52,383 bases of DNA, taken from an uncultured Bacillales bacterium (GTDB lineage Bacteria; Bacillota_I; Bacilli_A; Acholeplasmatales; Anaeroplasmataceae). Below the pieces are notes generated by a model, which made no database searches, had not been told where the DNA came from, and saw nothing but the letters and a program-made list of their open reading frames with translations. Every line of letters begins with the position of its first letter. Position 1 is the stretch's first letter. The position numbers and the translations under genes were made by a program. Positions 10,205 to 20,528 of this stretch are shown here, one piece after another. The DNA is taken from contig CAKZZJ010000140.1 in assembly GCA_937885165.1 (NCBI GenBank), forward strand, positions 1 through 52,383, written 5' to 3'.

Positions 10205-13200
10205 TCAATATAAGTATTTTAAAATTGGTTTAGCATCTCCTGAAGAAATTTTATCTTGGTCACATGGTGAAGTTTTAAAACATGAAACTATCAATTATCG
10301 TACATTAAAGCCTGAAATGGATGGCTTATTCTGCGAAAGAATATTTGGCCCTAGCAAGGATTATCAGTGTGCTTGTGGTAAGTCAAAAAAATCTGACAAA
10401 GGAAAAATATGCGATAAATGTGGCGTTGAAATTACTGAATCAAAAGTAAGAAGAGAAAGAATGGGCCATATAAAGCTTGCATCACCAGTAGTACATACAT
10501 GGTTTTTAAGAAATAGCCCATCTCCACTTGCTACACTTTTAAATATAAGAACTAAAGACTTAGAAGAAGTTGTATACCTTGCAAGTTATATAGTTATTGA
10601 TCCAGGTAAAACAACAGTTACAGGTCTTGAAAAAGGACAGGTATTAACTGAACAGCAATATGCATCACTTCTAGAAGAACTTCCACCTCATAGCTTTATA
10701 GCATTAACAGGTGCTGAAGCTGTCAAAACATTACTTAAATCAATCGATTTAGAAGCCTTAGAATCAGAATTAAGAAGAAAATCTAAAACTCGTTCTAAAC
10801 AAAATAGAGATAAAATCATCAAACGTCTTGAAACTGTTGAAGCATTCTTACATAGTGATAATAAGCCAGAATGGATGATACTTGATGTACTACCTGTTAT
10901 TCCACCGGCATTAAGACCTATGGTTCAACTTGAAGGTGGACGTTTTGCAACTACAGATTTGAATGATTTATATCGTAGAATTTTAAACAGAAACAATCGT
11001 TTAAAGAAAGAATATGAACAAAAAGCTCCACATTTAATTATCAAAAATGAAAGACGTATGCTTCAAGAAGCAGTTGACGCTTTAATTGATAATACTAAAC
11101 GTGGTAAAAAGAGTGCTGCTGATAAGGCTCATAAATTAAAGAGTTTATCAGATATGCTAAGAGGTAAACAAGGACGTTTCCGTCAAAACCTATTAGGTAA
11201 GCGTGTTGATTATTCAGGACGTTCAGTTATCGTTGTTGGTCCATCTTTAAAGATGTATCAATGTGGTATTCCAAAAGAAATGGCACTTATATTATTCAAG
11301 CCATTTGTATTACGTGAACTTACTAAACAAGGTAACAGTATCGCTGTTGCCAACAGAATGTGCGATGAACAGATGAGTAATGTATGGACTATCCTTGAAG
11401 AAGTTATCAAAGAACATCCAGTATTACTTAACCGTGCTCCAACACTTCACCGTTTAGGTATTCAGGCCTTCGAACCAGTATTAATTGAAGGTAAAGCAAT
11501 CAGATTACATCCTCTTGTATGTAACCCATTTAATGCTGACTTTGATGGTGACCAAATGGCTATCCACGTACCTTTATCACTTGAGGCACAGGCTGAGGCA
11601 AGATTGTTGATGCTTGCATCTAATAATATCCTAAATCCAAGAGATGGTAACCCAGTTGTAACACCATCACAGGATATGATTTTAGGTAACTATTATCTAA
11701 CTCTTGAAAGAAAGGGCCAAGAAAATGAGGGCCATTTCTATAAAGATTATGATGAGGCATATACAGCATACAAGAACGGTGTAATTACTCTTCATACACG
11801 TATATTTGTTGATATTTCATATTTACCACAAAGTAAATTTGATTTAGAAAAGCTTCCGTCAAGATATTTATTCACAACTATTGGTAAAATGATATTCAAT
11901 ACCATCTTACCAGTTGAATTTCCATATCTTAATGAACCAACAGATTACAACTTGACTAATGAAACACCTATTAAGTATTTCCTAGTACCAGGCAAAAATG
12001 GTTATGAAGAATCTTATAATGAATTATTAGCCAGAGATGAAGTTACTCCATTTAAGAAAAAATTTATAACTAGAATTATTGCTGAAGTATTTAAGAGATT
12101 CAAAATAACTGAAACTTCTAAGATGCTTGATAGAATCAAGGATTTAGGTTATAAATATTCAACTATTTCCGGTTTATCTATTTCTATGGCCGACGTATTA
12201 AATTATGAAGGCAAAGAAAAACGTATTAATTTAGCTGAAGAAAAGGTTGAAGAAATCAGCCAATTCTACGATATGGGTATTATTACAAACAAGGAAAGAA
12301 AGAAACTAGTTGAAGATGAATGGCAGAATGCCAGAACTGAAATCCAAAAAGGTCTTTGGGCTGAACTTTCAAAAAATAAAGATAATAATATCTTTATGAT
12401 GGCTGATTCAGGATCACGTGGTAATGAATCTAACTTCTCACAGCTTGCAGGTATGAGAGGACTTATGAATAATACTGCAGGTGAAATCATTGAAGTACCA
12501 GTTAAGGCAAACTTCCGTGAAGGTCTTTCTGTAGCTGAATTCTTCATTTCTACACATGGTGCTAGAAAAGGTTCAACAGATACTGCCTTAAAGACAGCTG
12601 AATCTGGTTATTTAACAAGAAGACTTGTTGATGTTTCACAGAGTGTCGTTATTTCAATGGAAGACTGTGGAACTGAAAATGGCTTCTATGTTGAAAATAT
12701 CATTGATGAAAATACAAAAGATGATAGCGGTAATCCAAAAGTTATTGTTGAAATGTATCAAAGATGTATCGGTAGATTTGCTGCAAAAGATGTAGTAAAT
12801 ACTGAAACAGGCGAAATAATAGCTTTCAGAAATGAACTTATTGATGAAGCTATGGCTGAAAAGATCAAAGAAGCGAAACTTGAAAAAGTTTGTATCCGTT
12901 CAAATGTTACATGTGCCGCACCAAATGGCGTATGTATGAAGTGTTATGGTAGAAATCTTGCAACCAACATGGTGGTTGAAGTTGGTGAAGCAGTTGGTGT
13001 TATTGCTGCACAATCAATCGGTGAACCAGGTACCCAGCTTACAATGCGTACTTTCCATACTGGTGGTGTTGCGTCTGCAGCCGATATCACTCAAGGTCTT
13101 CCACGTGTACAGGAACTATTTGAGGCTAGAAAGCCTAAAGGTAAAGCTACAATTTCTGAAATTGATGGTAGAGTTGAATCAATTGTAAATACAAAAGCTG

Positions 13201-13997
13201 GTAAACAAATTACTATTCATAATGAATTAACTGATGAAAAAGAAGTTTATGTAATTGACGCAACAAGTGAGCTTTTAGTTTCTGAGGGCGATGAAATCAA
13301 ACGTGGTGCTAAACTTATGAAAGGTTCTATCCATCCAAAGGAACTAATTAGAGTATTAGACAGCGTTGCAGTTCAAAAATATATTATTGAAGAAGTTCAA
13401 AAAGTATATCATGCTCAGGATGTTGGTATTTCTGATAAACATATCGAAATAATCATTCACCAGATGATGAGAAAAGTAGAAGTAATCTTAGAAGGAGATA
13501 CTCATCTACTTCCTGGTCATCAGGTATCAGTCAATGAATTTAATGATGCAGTAAGAAAAGCTTTAAGAACTGGTGGTAAATTACCTGTTGGTAGACAATT
13601 ATTATTAGGTATTACTAAAGCTGCACTAGCATCTGACTCATTCTTAAGTGCTTCTTCATTCCAGGAAACAACAAGAATTTTAACGTCAGCTGCTATTCAG
13701 TCTAAGGTTGATACCCTAGAAGGTCTAAAAGAAAATACAATTATCGGTGGTTTAATTCCTGCAGGTACTGGTATTTTAGTAGAAGACACATTTGAATGTG
13801 AACATAGCCCAGTTGAAGTTGAAGCAAACGATAATAACAATGTTTTTGAAGAATCATATAAAGAAAGTAGTGATGATGAAAATATGGATTATGATCCTAA
13901 TTTTGAAGAAACACCACTTGAAGAACTTGATTCTCTTGATAGCGTAGATGTAACTGATGGTTATGAAGATGATTATAATGATGAGGATTATAACTAA
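10197..13997 (+). CDS. rpoC: DNA-directed RNA polymerase beta' subunit
   Basis: N-terminal Zn finger, [14 protein letters not shown], catalytic [20 protein letters not shown]. Acidic C-terminal tail. Confidence 0.99.
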   Translation: MSNQYKYFKIGLASPEEILSWSHGEVLKHETINYRTLKPEMDGLFCERIFGPSKDYQCACGKSKKSDKGKICDKCGVEITESKVRRERMGHIKLASPVVHTWFLRNSPSPLATLLNIRTKDLEEVVYLASYIVIDPGKTTVTGLEKGQVLTEQQYASLLEELPPHSFIALTGAEAVKTLLKSIDLEALESELRRKSKTRSKQNRDKIIKRLETVEAFLHSDNKPEWMILDVLPVIPPALRPMVQLEGGRFATTDLNDLYRRILNRNNRLKKEYEQKAPHLIIKNERRMLQEAVDALIDNTKRGKKSAADKAHKLKSLSDMLRGKQGRFRQNLLGKRVDYSGRSVIVVGPSLKMYQCGIPKEMALILFKPFVLRELTKQGNSIAVANRMCDEQMSNVWTILEEVIKEHPVLLNRAPTLHRLGIQAFEPVLIEGKAIRLHPLVCNPFNADFDGDQMAIHVPLSLEAQAEARLLMLASNNILNPRDGNPVVTPSQDMILGNYYLTLERKGQENEGHFYKDYDEAYTAYKNGVITLHTRIFVDISYLPQSKFDLEKLPSRYLFTTIGKMIFNTILPVEFPYLNEPTDYNLTNETPIKYFLVPGKNGYEESYNELLARDEVTPFKKKFITRIIAEVFKRFKITETSKMLDRIKDLGYKYSTISGLSISMADVLNYEGKEKRINLAEEKVEEISQFYDMGIITNKERKKLVEDEWQNARTEIQKGLWAELSKNKDNNIFMMADSGSRGNESNFSQLAGMRGLMNNTAGEIIEVPVKANFREGLSVAEFFISTHGARKGSTDTALKTAESGYLTRRLVDVSQSVVISMEDCGTENGFYVENIIDENTKDDSGNPKVIVEMYQRCIGRFAAKDVVNTETGEIIAFRNELIDEAMAEKIKEAKLEKVCIRSNVTCAAPNGVCMKCYGRNLATNMVVEVGEAVGVIAAQSIGEPGTQLTMRTFHTGGVASAADITQGLPRVQELFEARKPKGKATISEIDGRVESIVNTKAGKQITIHNELTDEKEVYVIDATSELLVSEGDEIKRGAKLMKGSIHPKELIRVLDSVAVQKYIIEEVQKVYHAQDVGISDKHIEIIIHQMMRKVEVILEGDTHLLPGHQVSVNEFNDAVRKALRTGGKLPVGRQLLLGITKAALASDSFLSASSFQETTRILTSAAIQSKVDTLEGLKENTIIGGLIPAGTGILVEDTFECEHSPVEVEANDNNNVFEESYKESSDDENMDYDPNFEETPLEELDSLDSVDVTDGYEDDYNDEDYN

Positions 13998-14013
13998 TCA
14001 TTAATAAATAATT

Positions 14014-14044
14014 GGTGCCAGAGCTTGAACTCTGGCTCCTTTTA
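14014..14044 (+). terminator. Intrinsic terminator of rpoBC
   Basis: GGTGCCAGAG-cttgaa-CTCTGGCTCC stem followed by a T-tract. Confidence 0.8.
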
Positions 14045-14103
14045 TAATTTTAATATTTGAAAAGTCTATTAACTAAAGTTATAATAGATTTGGGAGTTTT
14101 GAT

Positions 14104-15291
14104 ATGCCAAATTATGTTATTAATAAATATCGTGGCCTCTATAAAAGAGCATACGAGCTTTATGAAGAAAAGAAATATAAAGAAGCTATAGAATTGCTTG
14201 AAGTAGTATGTGAAAAAGATGGTGCTAATTTTGAAGCAAATTTTTATCTTGCAGAAATTTATTATAATGGGCTTGCAGGAGATATTGATTATCAGAAAGC
14301 CTTTAATCATTATCTTTATGCAGCATCAAATAATATAACAGATGCAGTATTTATGGTAGCGATGGCATATTATGATGGAAAAGGAACTTATCAAGATTAT
14401 AATCAGGCTTTTGCCTGGTATAATAATGCAGTAAAAAGCGGTTCTACTAAGCCTTATTATTATTTAGGACAAATATATAAAAATGGTTATGCTGGTGAAA
14501 AGAATTTACCTAAGGCTATAATGTGGTTTTTAAAGGCAGCAAAATTAAATGATGTAGCTGCCCAAAAAGAATGCGCTATTTGTTATGAAGAATTAGATGA
14601 ATATGAAAATGCGGCAATTATGTATCTTGCTGCAAGTAAAAATGACGATCTTTATTCAACTGAAAAGATAGCTAGATACTATACCGAAGGCAAATATGTG
14701 CCAAAATCAACATCACTTTCTATCAAATTATATGAAAAAGCTGAAAAATTAGGCAGCACCATTGCAAAAGAGAAGTTGGCTGAAATATATGAAGATGCAC
14801 CAAAAGATGAAAATTCTAAATACGCAATTGATTTGTATCTTGAAGCTGCAAAAGATGGCAATATTGATGCATGTAATTCATTAGGCAGATGTTATTATTA
14901 TGGCATAGGAGTAGATCCAGATGAAAAACAGGCATATAACTGGTGGCTTAAGGCATCAGTTGGTGATAATAGCAGTGCTATGTATTCTTTGGCTATGCTT
15001 TTATCAAATCCTAAATCAGATCAGGTAGAAAAAGATTTAGTTACAGCTAAAAATTGGTTGATTAGATCAGCTGAATTAGGAAATAAGGATGCCATGTACG
15101 AGCTTGCATATTATTTAGAAAATGGTATTGGCTTTGTTGAAAAAAACATCGAAGTTGCCTATAGATGGTATAATCTGGCACTTGAAAACGGAAATGACAA
15201 AGCAAAAGTTGCTTTAAAAAGATTTAGAAAAAATTTATTTGGAAAAATTATACATCACAATAGTGATATAAAAGATGAAAATCAGGAATAA
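14104..15291 (+). CDS. Sel1-like repeat (SLR) protein, no obvious signal peptide
   Basis: Multiple A..LG..Y..G.G...D...A..W...AA..G repeats. GGGAG SD upstream. Confidence 0.92.
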   Translation: MPNYVINKYRGLYKRAYELYEEKKYKEAIELLEVVCEKDGANFEANFYLAEIYYNGLAGDIDYQKAFNHYLYAASNNITDAVFMVAMAYYDGKGTYQDYNQAFAWYNNAVKSGSTKPYYYLGQIYKNGYAGEKNLPKAIMWFLKAAKLNDVAAQKECAICYEELDEYENAAIMYLAASKNDDLYSTEKIARYYTEGKYVPKSTSLSIKLYEKAEKLGSTIAKEKLAEIYEDAPKDENSKYAIDLYLEAAKDGNIDACNSLGRCYYYGIGVDPDEKQAYNWWLKASVGDNSSAMYSLAMLLSNPKSDQVEKDLVTAKNWLIRSAELGNKDAMYELAYYLENGIGFVEKNIEVAYRWYNLALENGNDKAKVALKRFRKNLFGKIIHHNSDIKDENQE

Positions 15292-15311
15292 ATATTAAAA
15301 TTATAGTTTTG

Positions 15312-15345
15312 AAATATTGCTACATAATCAATGGCAATATTTTTT
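15312..15345 (+). terminator. Probable intrinsic terminator
   Basis: AAATATTGC ... GCAATATTT followed by a T-run. Confidence 0.6.
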
Positions 15346-15375
15346 ATTATTATGGGTTAATAACCAAAAATATTC

Positions 15376-15404
15376 TTGAAGCGTAATTAAAATATTGATA
15401 TAAT
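15376..15404 (+). promoter_or_regulatory. Sigma-A promoter for the pfkA-pyk operon
   Basis: TTGAAG-17 nt-TATAAT with extended -10 TG. Confidence 0.65.
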
Positions 15405-15460
15405 TATTAAGGTTTAAAAATGTTTTATATAAAACATTATTAAAATTTTAGGAGAAAGAT

Positions 15461-16414
15461 ATGAAAATAGGAGTTTTAACATCTGGAAATGACGCTCAAG
15501 GAATGAATGCTTGCATCAGAGCGATTGTAAGATGTGCTGATGCATCAGGCCACAATGTTTATGGGTTTTATGATGGCTATAGAGGGCTAGTTGAAGGAAG
15601 ATTTTTAGCACTTGATAGAAAAAAGGTTGCTGGAAAACTTGATAAGGCAGGTTCAATTCTTGGAGTTGCCAAATTACCTGAATTTAAATATGAACAGGTA
15701 AGAAAAATGGCATTAAACGAAATCAAAAAAAATGAAATTGATTGTCTTATCTGTATCGGCGGAGATGGAACATATCGTGGTGCTATGGGTTTAGCAAGCC
15801 TTGGAGTGAATGTAATAACTATTCCTTCATCAATAGATAACAATATACCATCAAGTGATCATTCAATAGGATTTTCTACAGCACTTGCCGCTGCAGTAGA
15901 GGCAGTAGACAGGTTAAGAGATACTTCAATTTCTCATCAATGGTGTTCAGTTGTAGAAGTACCGGGAAATGATTCAATGGAACTTGCATTATATTTAGGA
16001 CTTGCAACAGGTGCTGAATATGTAATAACAAAGGAAACAGGTTTTGATAAAGAAAAACTATTAAATGATTTAAAAGAAGATCACTTAAAAGGAAGAAAAC
16101 ATTCTCTTGTTATCATATCTGAGGGTTTAACTGATGTATATGCTTTAGCTAAAGAGATTGAATCTTATTCATCATATGAATGTAGATCAACTATCTTAGG
16201 ATATGTATTAAGAGGTGGATCTCCATCTCCAGAAGATAGAATTAGAGCTTCTCGTTTAGGAGCGTATGCAGTTAAATTAATAAATGAAAAAAAGTTTGGT
16301 GTTGCTACAGGAATAATTAAAAATGAAATGGTTGCTACACCACTTGATTCTTCGCTTACATTAAGTGAAAAACCAAATGAAGAATTAAAACAATTACTAC
16401 ATTATATTAAATAA
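15461..16414 (+). CDS. pfkA: 6-phosphofructokinase (PfkA) homologue with degenerate active site
   Basis: PfkA length and motifs ([33 protein letters not shown]...RGG.P...DR) and position directly upstream of pyk. Many catalytic residues are substituted (see findings). Confidence 0.85.
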   Translation: MKIGVLTSGNDAQGMNACIRAIVRCADASGHNVYGFYDGYRGLVEGRFLALDRKKVAGKLDKAGSILGVAKLPEFKYEQVRKMALNEIKKNEIDCLICIGGDGTYRGAMGLASLGVNVITIPSSIDNNIPSSDHSIGFSTALAAAVEAVDRLRDTSISHQWCSVVEVPGNDSMELALYLGLATGAEYVITKETGFDKEKLLNDLKEDHLKGRKHSLVIISEGLTDVYALAKEIESYSSYECRSTILGYVLRGGSPSPEDRIRASRLGAYAVKLINEKKFGVATGIIKNEMVATPLDSSLTLSEKPNEELKQLLHYIK

Positions 16415-16431
16415 TAATTTGGAGGAAAGAA

Positions 16432-17823
16432 ATGAAAAAAACAAAAGTAGTATGTACTATCGGTCCAGCTAGTGAACAAAAAGAAGAATTAGAAAAATTA
16501 ATCGGTACAGCTGGTATGAACGTTATGAGAATGAATTTTTCTCATGGTGGTTATGATGAACAAGGATTTAGAATTAAAAATGTTAAAGCCTTAAATAAAG
16601 AAAAAGGCTGGAACATCGGTATGGCACTTGATACTAAGGGGCCAGAAATCAGAACTGGCTTATTAGAAGATGATCCTGAATTCTCTAAGAGAATCAATCT
16701 TAAAGAAGGAGATATCATTAGAGTATCAATGGATTACAATGTTTTAGCAACTAAAGAAAGATTTGCGATATCATATCCAGGATTATATGATGATATTCAT
16801 GTTGGCGGAAGAATCTTAGTTGAAGATGGTCTTTTAGGCTTTGAAGTTATTGATAAAGATCCAAAAAAACGTGAACTTGTTTGTAAAGCATTAAACGAAA
16901 GAGGCTTAAAGAACAAAAGAAACGTTAATGTACCAGGTGTTATATTAAATATGCCTTACATCTCTCCAAAAGACAAAGCTGATATCGAATTCGCATGTGA
17001 TCAAGGTCTTGATTTCATATTCGCATCTTTCGTAAGAAGAGCTGATGATATCAAACAAATTAGAGACATCTTAGCAGCTAAGAATAACGATCATATTAAG
17101 ATTATTTCTAAGATTGAAAATCAAGAAGGCGTTAAAAATATGGCTGATATCGTAGCTTTATCTGATGGTGTTATGGTAGCAAGAGGTGACCTTGGTGTAG
17201 ATGTTGAACCATGGGAATTACCTGAAATTCAAAAACAGATGATCAGAATGGCTCAGTCTCAAGGTAAGATTATCATTACTGCAACTCAGATGCTTGACTC
17301 AATGATTTCTAACCCTAGACCTACTAGAGCTGAAGTTGCTGATGTTTATAACTCAGTACTTGATGGAACTGGCGCTACAATGCTTTCAGGTGAAACAACA
17401 ACCGGTGAACATCCATTTGAAGCAGTTACTTATATGTCTAAGATTGACCAAGCTGCAGAAAATGCAATTGATCATGATTTAATGATTGACAATGTAGTAT
17501 TCGAAAAAGAAGATAAAGATGAAGATGACGCAATCGGTTTAGCTGTTGCTACATTATGTAATGTATTTGAAATCCCAGCAGTTGTAGCTGAAGGTGATGT
17601 TGATTTAGCGTTAGCTTTATCTGAATATCGTCCAGCAACAGATATATTCTTCGCAGTTCAAACTCATGATGAAGCAAGAACTCTTGCTATCGTATGGGGT
17701 GTTCAAGCAGTAGTTGGTACTATTGATGATGCAATTAAAGCTGCAAAAGAAAAAGTTGAAATTGAAGAAGGAACTAAACTTATCAAAGTTGTTAGAGATA
17801 AGTTTGAATTATTTGAACTTTAA
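16432..17823 (+). CDS. pyk: Pyruvate kinase
   Basis: [64 protein letters not shown]. Confidence 0.97.
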   Translation: MKKTKVVCTIGPASEQKEELEKLIGTAGMNVMRMNFSHGGYDEQGFRIKNVKALNKEKGWNIGMALDTKGPEIRTGLLEDDPEFSKRINLKEGDIIRVSMDYNVLATKERFAISYPGLYDDIHVGGRILVEDGLLGFEVIDKDPKKRELVCKALNERGLKNKRNVNVPGVILNMPYISPKDKADIEFACDQGLDFIFASFVRRADDIKQIRDILAAKNNDHIKIISKIENQEGVKNMADIVALSDGVMVARGDLGVDVEPWELPEIQKQMIRMAQSQGKIIITATQMLDSMISNPRPTRAEVADVYNSVLDGTGATMLSGETTTGEHPFEAVTYMSKIDQAAENAIDHDLMIDNVVFEKEDKDEDDAIGLAVATLCNVFEIPAVVAEGDVDLALALSEYRPATDIFFAVQTHDEARTLAIVWGVQAVVGTIDDAIKAAKEKVEIEEGTKLIKVVRDKFELFEL

Positions 17824-17836
17824 TATTTAAAAAGTC

Positions 17837-17894
17837 AAAAAGGGAGCCGTAGATATAATTTCTTAACTGAAATTAAATGTTTTGGCTCTTTTTT
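17837..17894 (+). terminator. Long two-tier hairpin terminator after pyk
   Basis: AAAAAGGGAGCC / GGCTCTTTTTT outer stem with inner TAATTTC / GAAATTA stem. Confidence 0.7.
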
Positions 17895-17975
17895 ATGCGG
17901 GGATAAGACTTTGAAGCAAATTATATTTTTGGATAACTTTTGTATTTGAAATGGTTAAATAAAGAAGGCAAAATA

Positions 17976-18761
17976 ATGAAAAAAATATTAGATAAAGTAA
18001 TAAGAATAGCTAAAGATGCAGCAAAATTATATTTTAATAATGAATTTAAAATTTATGAAAAAAGTAATGTTTCTAATATTGTTACTACAAATGACATAAA
18101 TATTCAGAATTATTTAATAGATAAACTATCTAAAGTTATAAATAATTCAGGCTTCTTTTGTGAAGAAGAAGACATAAAAGATTTTTCAAAAGAATATATC
18201 TGGATAATTGATCCGATTGATGGGACAACTAATTATGCAAGAGGTATAAATGAATCATGTATATCTATAGGTTTATATCATAATAATGAAATAGTATTAG
18301 GAGTAATTTATATACCATCATCTGATGATTTATATTATGCATTAAAGAATTATGGTGCTTATCACAATAATGAGAAAATAAAAGTATCAGACAAAGATTT
18401 TTCATCATCACTAATATGTATAGCATTATCACAATATAATAAAAATTATTCTTCATCATGCTTAGATATTATCTCTGATGTATTTTATAAATGTAATGAC
18501 TTCAGACGTTTTGGAAGTGCTGCAATAGAATTATCAATGCTTGCTGAAGGAAAAATTGATTTATTTTTCGAATTGAGATTATATCCTTGGGATTATGCTG
18601 CCGCATCATTAATTGTAAAAGAGGCTCATGGTATCATTAAATCATTTAAAAGTGATATTACATTTAATAAGCCTAATCTTATTATCGCAGCTAATTCTGA
18701 AAAGAATTTTAATGTCTTAAATGATATTATTTTAAAGCATTTGAAAGAATTACCATATTAA
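17976..18761 (+). CDS. Inositol monophosphatase (SuhB/IMPase) family protein
   Basis: CEE, WIIDPIDGTTNY, RRFGSAA, LYPWDYAA. ATG 17976 follows AAGAAGG. Confidence 0.92.
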   Translation: MKKILDKVIRIAKDAAKLYFNNEFKIYEKSNVSNIVTTNDINIQNYLIDKLSKVINNSGFFCEEEDIKDFSKEYIWIIDPIDGTTNYARGINESCISIGLYHNNEIVLGVIYIPSSDDLYYALKNYGAYHNNEKIKVSDKDFSSSLICIALSQYNKNYSSSCLDIISDVFYKCNDFRRFGSAAIELSMLAEGKIDLFFELRLYPWDYAAASLIVKEAHGIIKSFKSDITFNKPNLIIAANSEKNFNVLNDIILKHLKELPY

Positions 18762-18791
18762 ATTAAAACAAAATTAAACATTAAGAATTTT

Positions 18792-18826
18792 AGAATACCT
18801 GTTTTAAAAAAGTGGTATTCTTTTTT
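18792..18826 (+). terminator. Probable intrinsic terminator
   Basis: AGAATACC ... GGTATTCT followed by a T-run. Confidence 0.65.
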
Positions 18827-18930
18827 CTTTATATTATTGATTATATTTGCTTTTTTTATGGAAAAATTATATAATTATTTTAAATCAGCTTTATTAATAA
18901 TTTGTAATTATTAATCACTAGGAGTAATGT

Positions 18931-19461
18931 ATGAACGAAACATTAAAAAAGGCATTAGATATCATTTTTCCAAGAAGAAAAAAAGTAAAAGAAAATCCAG
19001 GTGTTATAGGTCATTATGATTCTAAACCATTTCATAGCTTTAGATATGCATTGATATATGCAAATGAAATAGAAATATTTAATAATGAGAAAGTAGAAGT
19101 TTATTCAAGAGTATATAAAACAACAACCTTTGTTAATGTTTTAGTTAATGATGAAGAAGGTTTTGATACAAATGATTATACTTTTGATAAGCTTAAAGAT
19201 AAGTTGCTTGAAAAAGAAATAAAAGAAACAAAAAATCATATTGTTGTTATATTATTTGCTCACAACAATGATACAACAATTGAACTTGCAAAGCACTTCT
19301 GTAATTCAGATAAGCATAGTTTTGAACAGGCACTAGTATTTAATCCACAAAAGGTGCAGATGGATTTTTATAAACCTGTTCCAGTGTTTTATAAATTATA
19401 TGATCATTTTTGTGAAAATATATATTTTGATTTAGCATGTATAGATGATAAGAGGGAATAA
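18931..19461 (+). CDS. Hypothetical soluble alpha/beta protein
   Basis: 176-aa ORF with AGGAG SD; first gene of a tightly packed operon. Confidence 0.75.
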   Translation: MNETLKKALDIIFPRRKKVKENPGVIGHYDSKPFHSFRYALIYANEIEIFNNEKVEVYSRVYKTTTFVNVLVNDEEGFDTNDYTFDKLKDKLLEKEIKETKNHIVVILFAHNNDTTIELAKHFCNSDKHSFEQALVFNPQKVQMDFYKPVPVFYKLYDHFCENIYFDLACIDDKRE

Positions 19462-19463
19462 AA

Positions 19464-20102
19464 ATGAGGAATATTAAAGCGAGATATATTTGGCTGGCAG
19501 TTTTAGTGCTTCTTGCAGCTGCAGCCGGATTAATCATATGGATTACAAGAGGAGATAGTTCTCTTGCTACTCCGCTTACCATAGTTTTGGTTATTGTATT
19601 TGTCGTTATAACATTCTTGATCCAGTTTGCGAGCTTTAGAACTTTTTCTGGGAGACAAAAAAGAAAAATTAAATATCCGACTAAAGAATATAGGCTTCAA
19701 AATAATTTTGAAGAAGAATATAAAAAACTTGGTTATGAAAGAACAAATAGAGGCTACGGTTATAGCTATTTAAAAATCAAAAATAAAGTAGCTTATAAAA
19801 TTTCTATCATCGACAGTATAGATATTTATTATAACAATGAAGAGAAAAAAGATACAAAAACTAATAAAGAACTTGATAAATGTAACATCTTTATTGGTGT
19901 AGAAATCTTTAAAGAAGTTAATAAAGAAGCCTTAGATAAAATACCTGATTATAGCTTTCAGGTAGAAAAAATATATTATACGGCCTGGGTTTTAAAAGAA
20001 GATGGAAATTATAAATGCTTTAATTATGTAGAACCTGACGAGAAACATAATGAAGCTTATTTGAATCTGGTTGCTGATTTGTCTGCAGAAGAAGTTATTT
20101 AG
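19464..20102 (+). CDS. Hypothetical protein, two N-terminal TM helices plus soluble domain
   Basis: Two hydrophobic segments then a basic stop-transfer (GRQKRKIK). 2 nt from the previous gene. Confidence 0.78.
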   Translation: MRNIKARYIWLAVLVLLAAAAGLIIWITRGDSSLATPLTIVLVIVFVVITFLIQFASFRTFSGRQKRKIKYPTKEYRLQNNFEEEYKKLGYERTNRGYGYSYLKIKNKVAYKISIIDSIDIYYNNEEKKDTKTNKELDKCNIFIGVEIFKEVNKEALDKIPDYSFQVEKIYYTAWVLKEDGNYKCFNYVEPDEKHNEAYLNLVADLSAEEVI

Positions 20103-20117
20103 GAATATGGTGATAAT

Positions 20118-20528
20118 ATGTGGGAGAAGAAAAAACCAATCTGTGGTGATCAGATAAGAGTAAATAGAGGATTTTATTATCATCATGGGATTTATATTGA
20201 TGATGATAATGTTATACATTTTGCATCACCTACAGGCAGTGAAATATCACCTGAAACTGCAGTAGTGCACAAGACAACATTAAGAGGATTCTTAAAAGAT
20301 GGTGAAGTGGAAGTAAGATGCTACACAGATGAAGAACTAAAAAGAAGAAGACCTGTTAGCGACATAATAAATTATGCGATTTTGCATCAGGGAGAAAAGG
20401 GCTACAATTTAGTTTATAATAACTGTGAACATTTCTCTAACCGATGTGCATTTGGTGTATCCGAAAGTGATCAGGTTAATAATGTATTTTCTAGTTTAGG
20501 TGCTTTATTTGGGAGTGATAAAAGATGA
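20118..20528 (+). CDS. LRAT/NC-domain (permuted NlpC/P60) protein
   Basis: YYHHGIY..D..VIHF and YNLVYNNCEHF motifs, His-before-Cys order. Confidence 0.88.
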   Translation: MWEKKKPICGDQIRVNRGFYYHHGIYIDDDNVIHFASPTGSEISPETAVVHKTTLRGFLKDGEVEVRCYTDEELKRRRPVSDIINYAILHQGEKGYNLVYNNCEHFSNRCAFGVSESDQVNNVFSSLGALFGSDKR

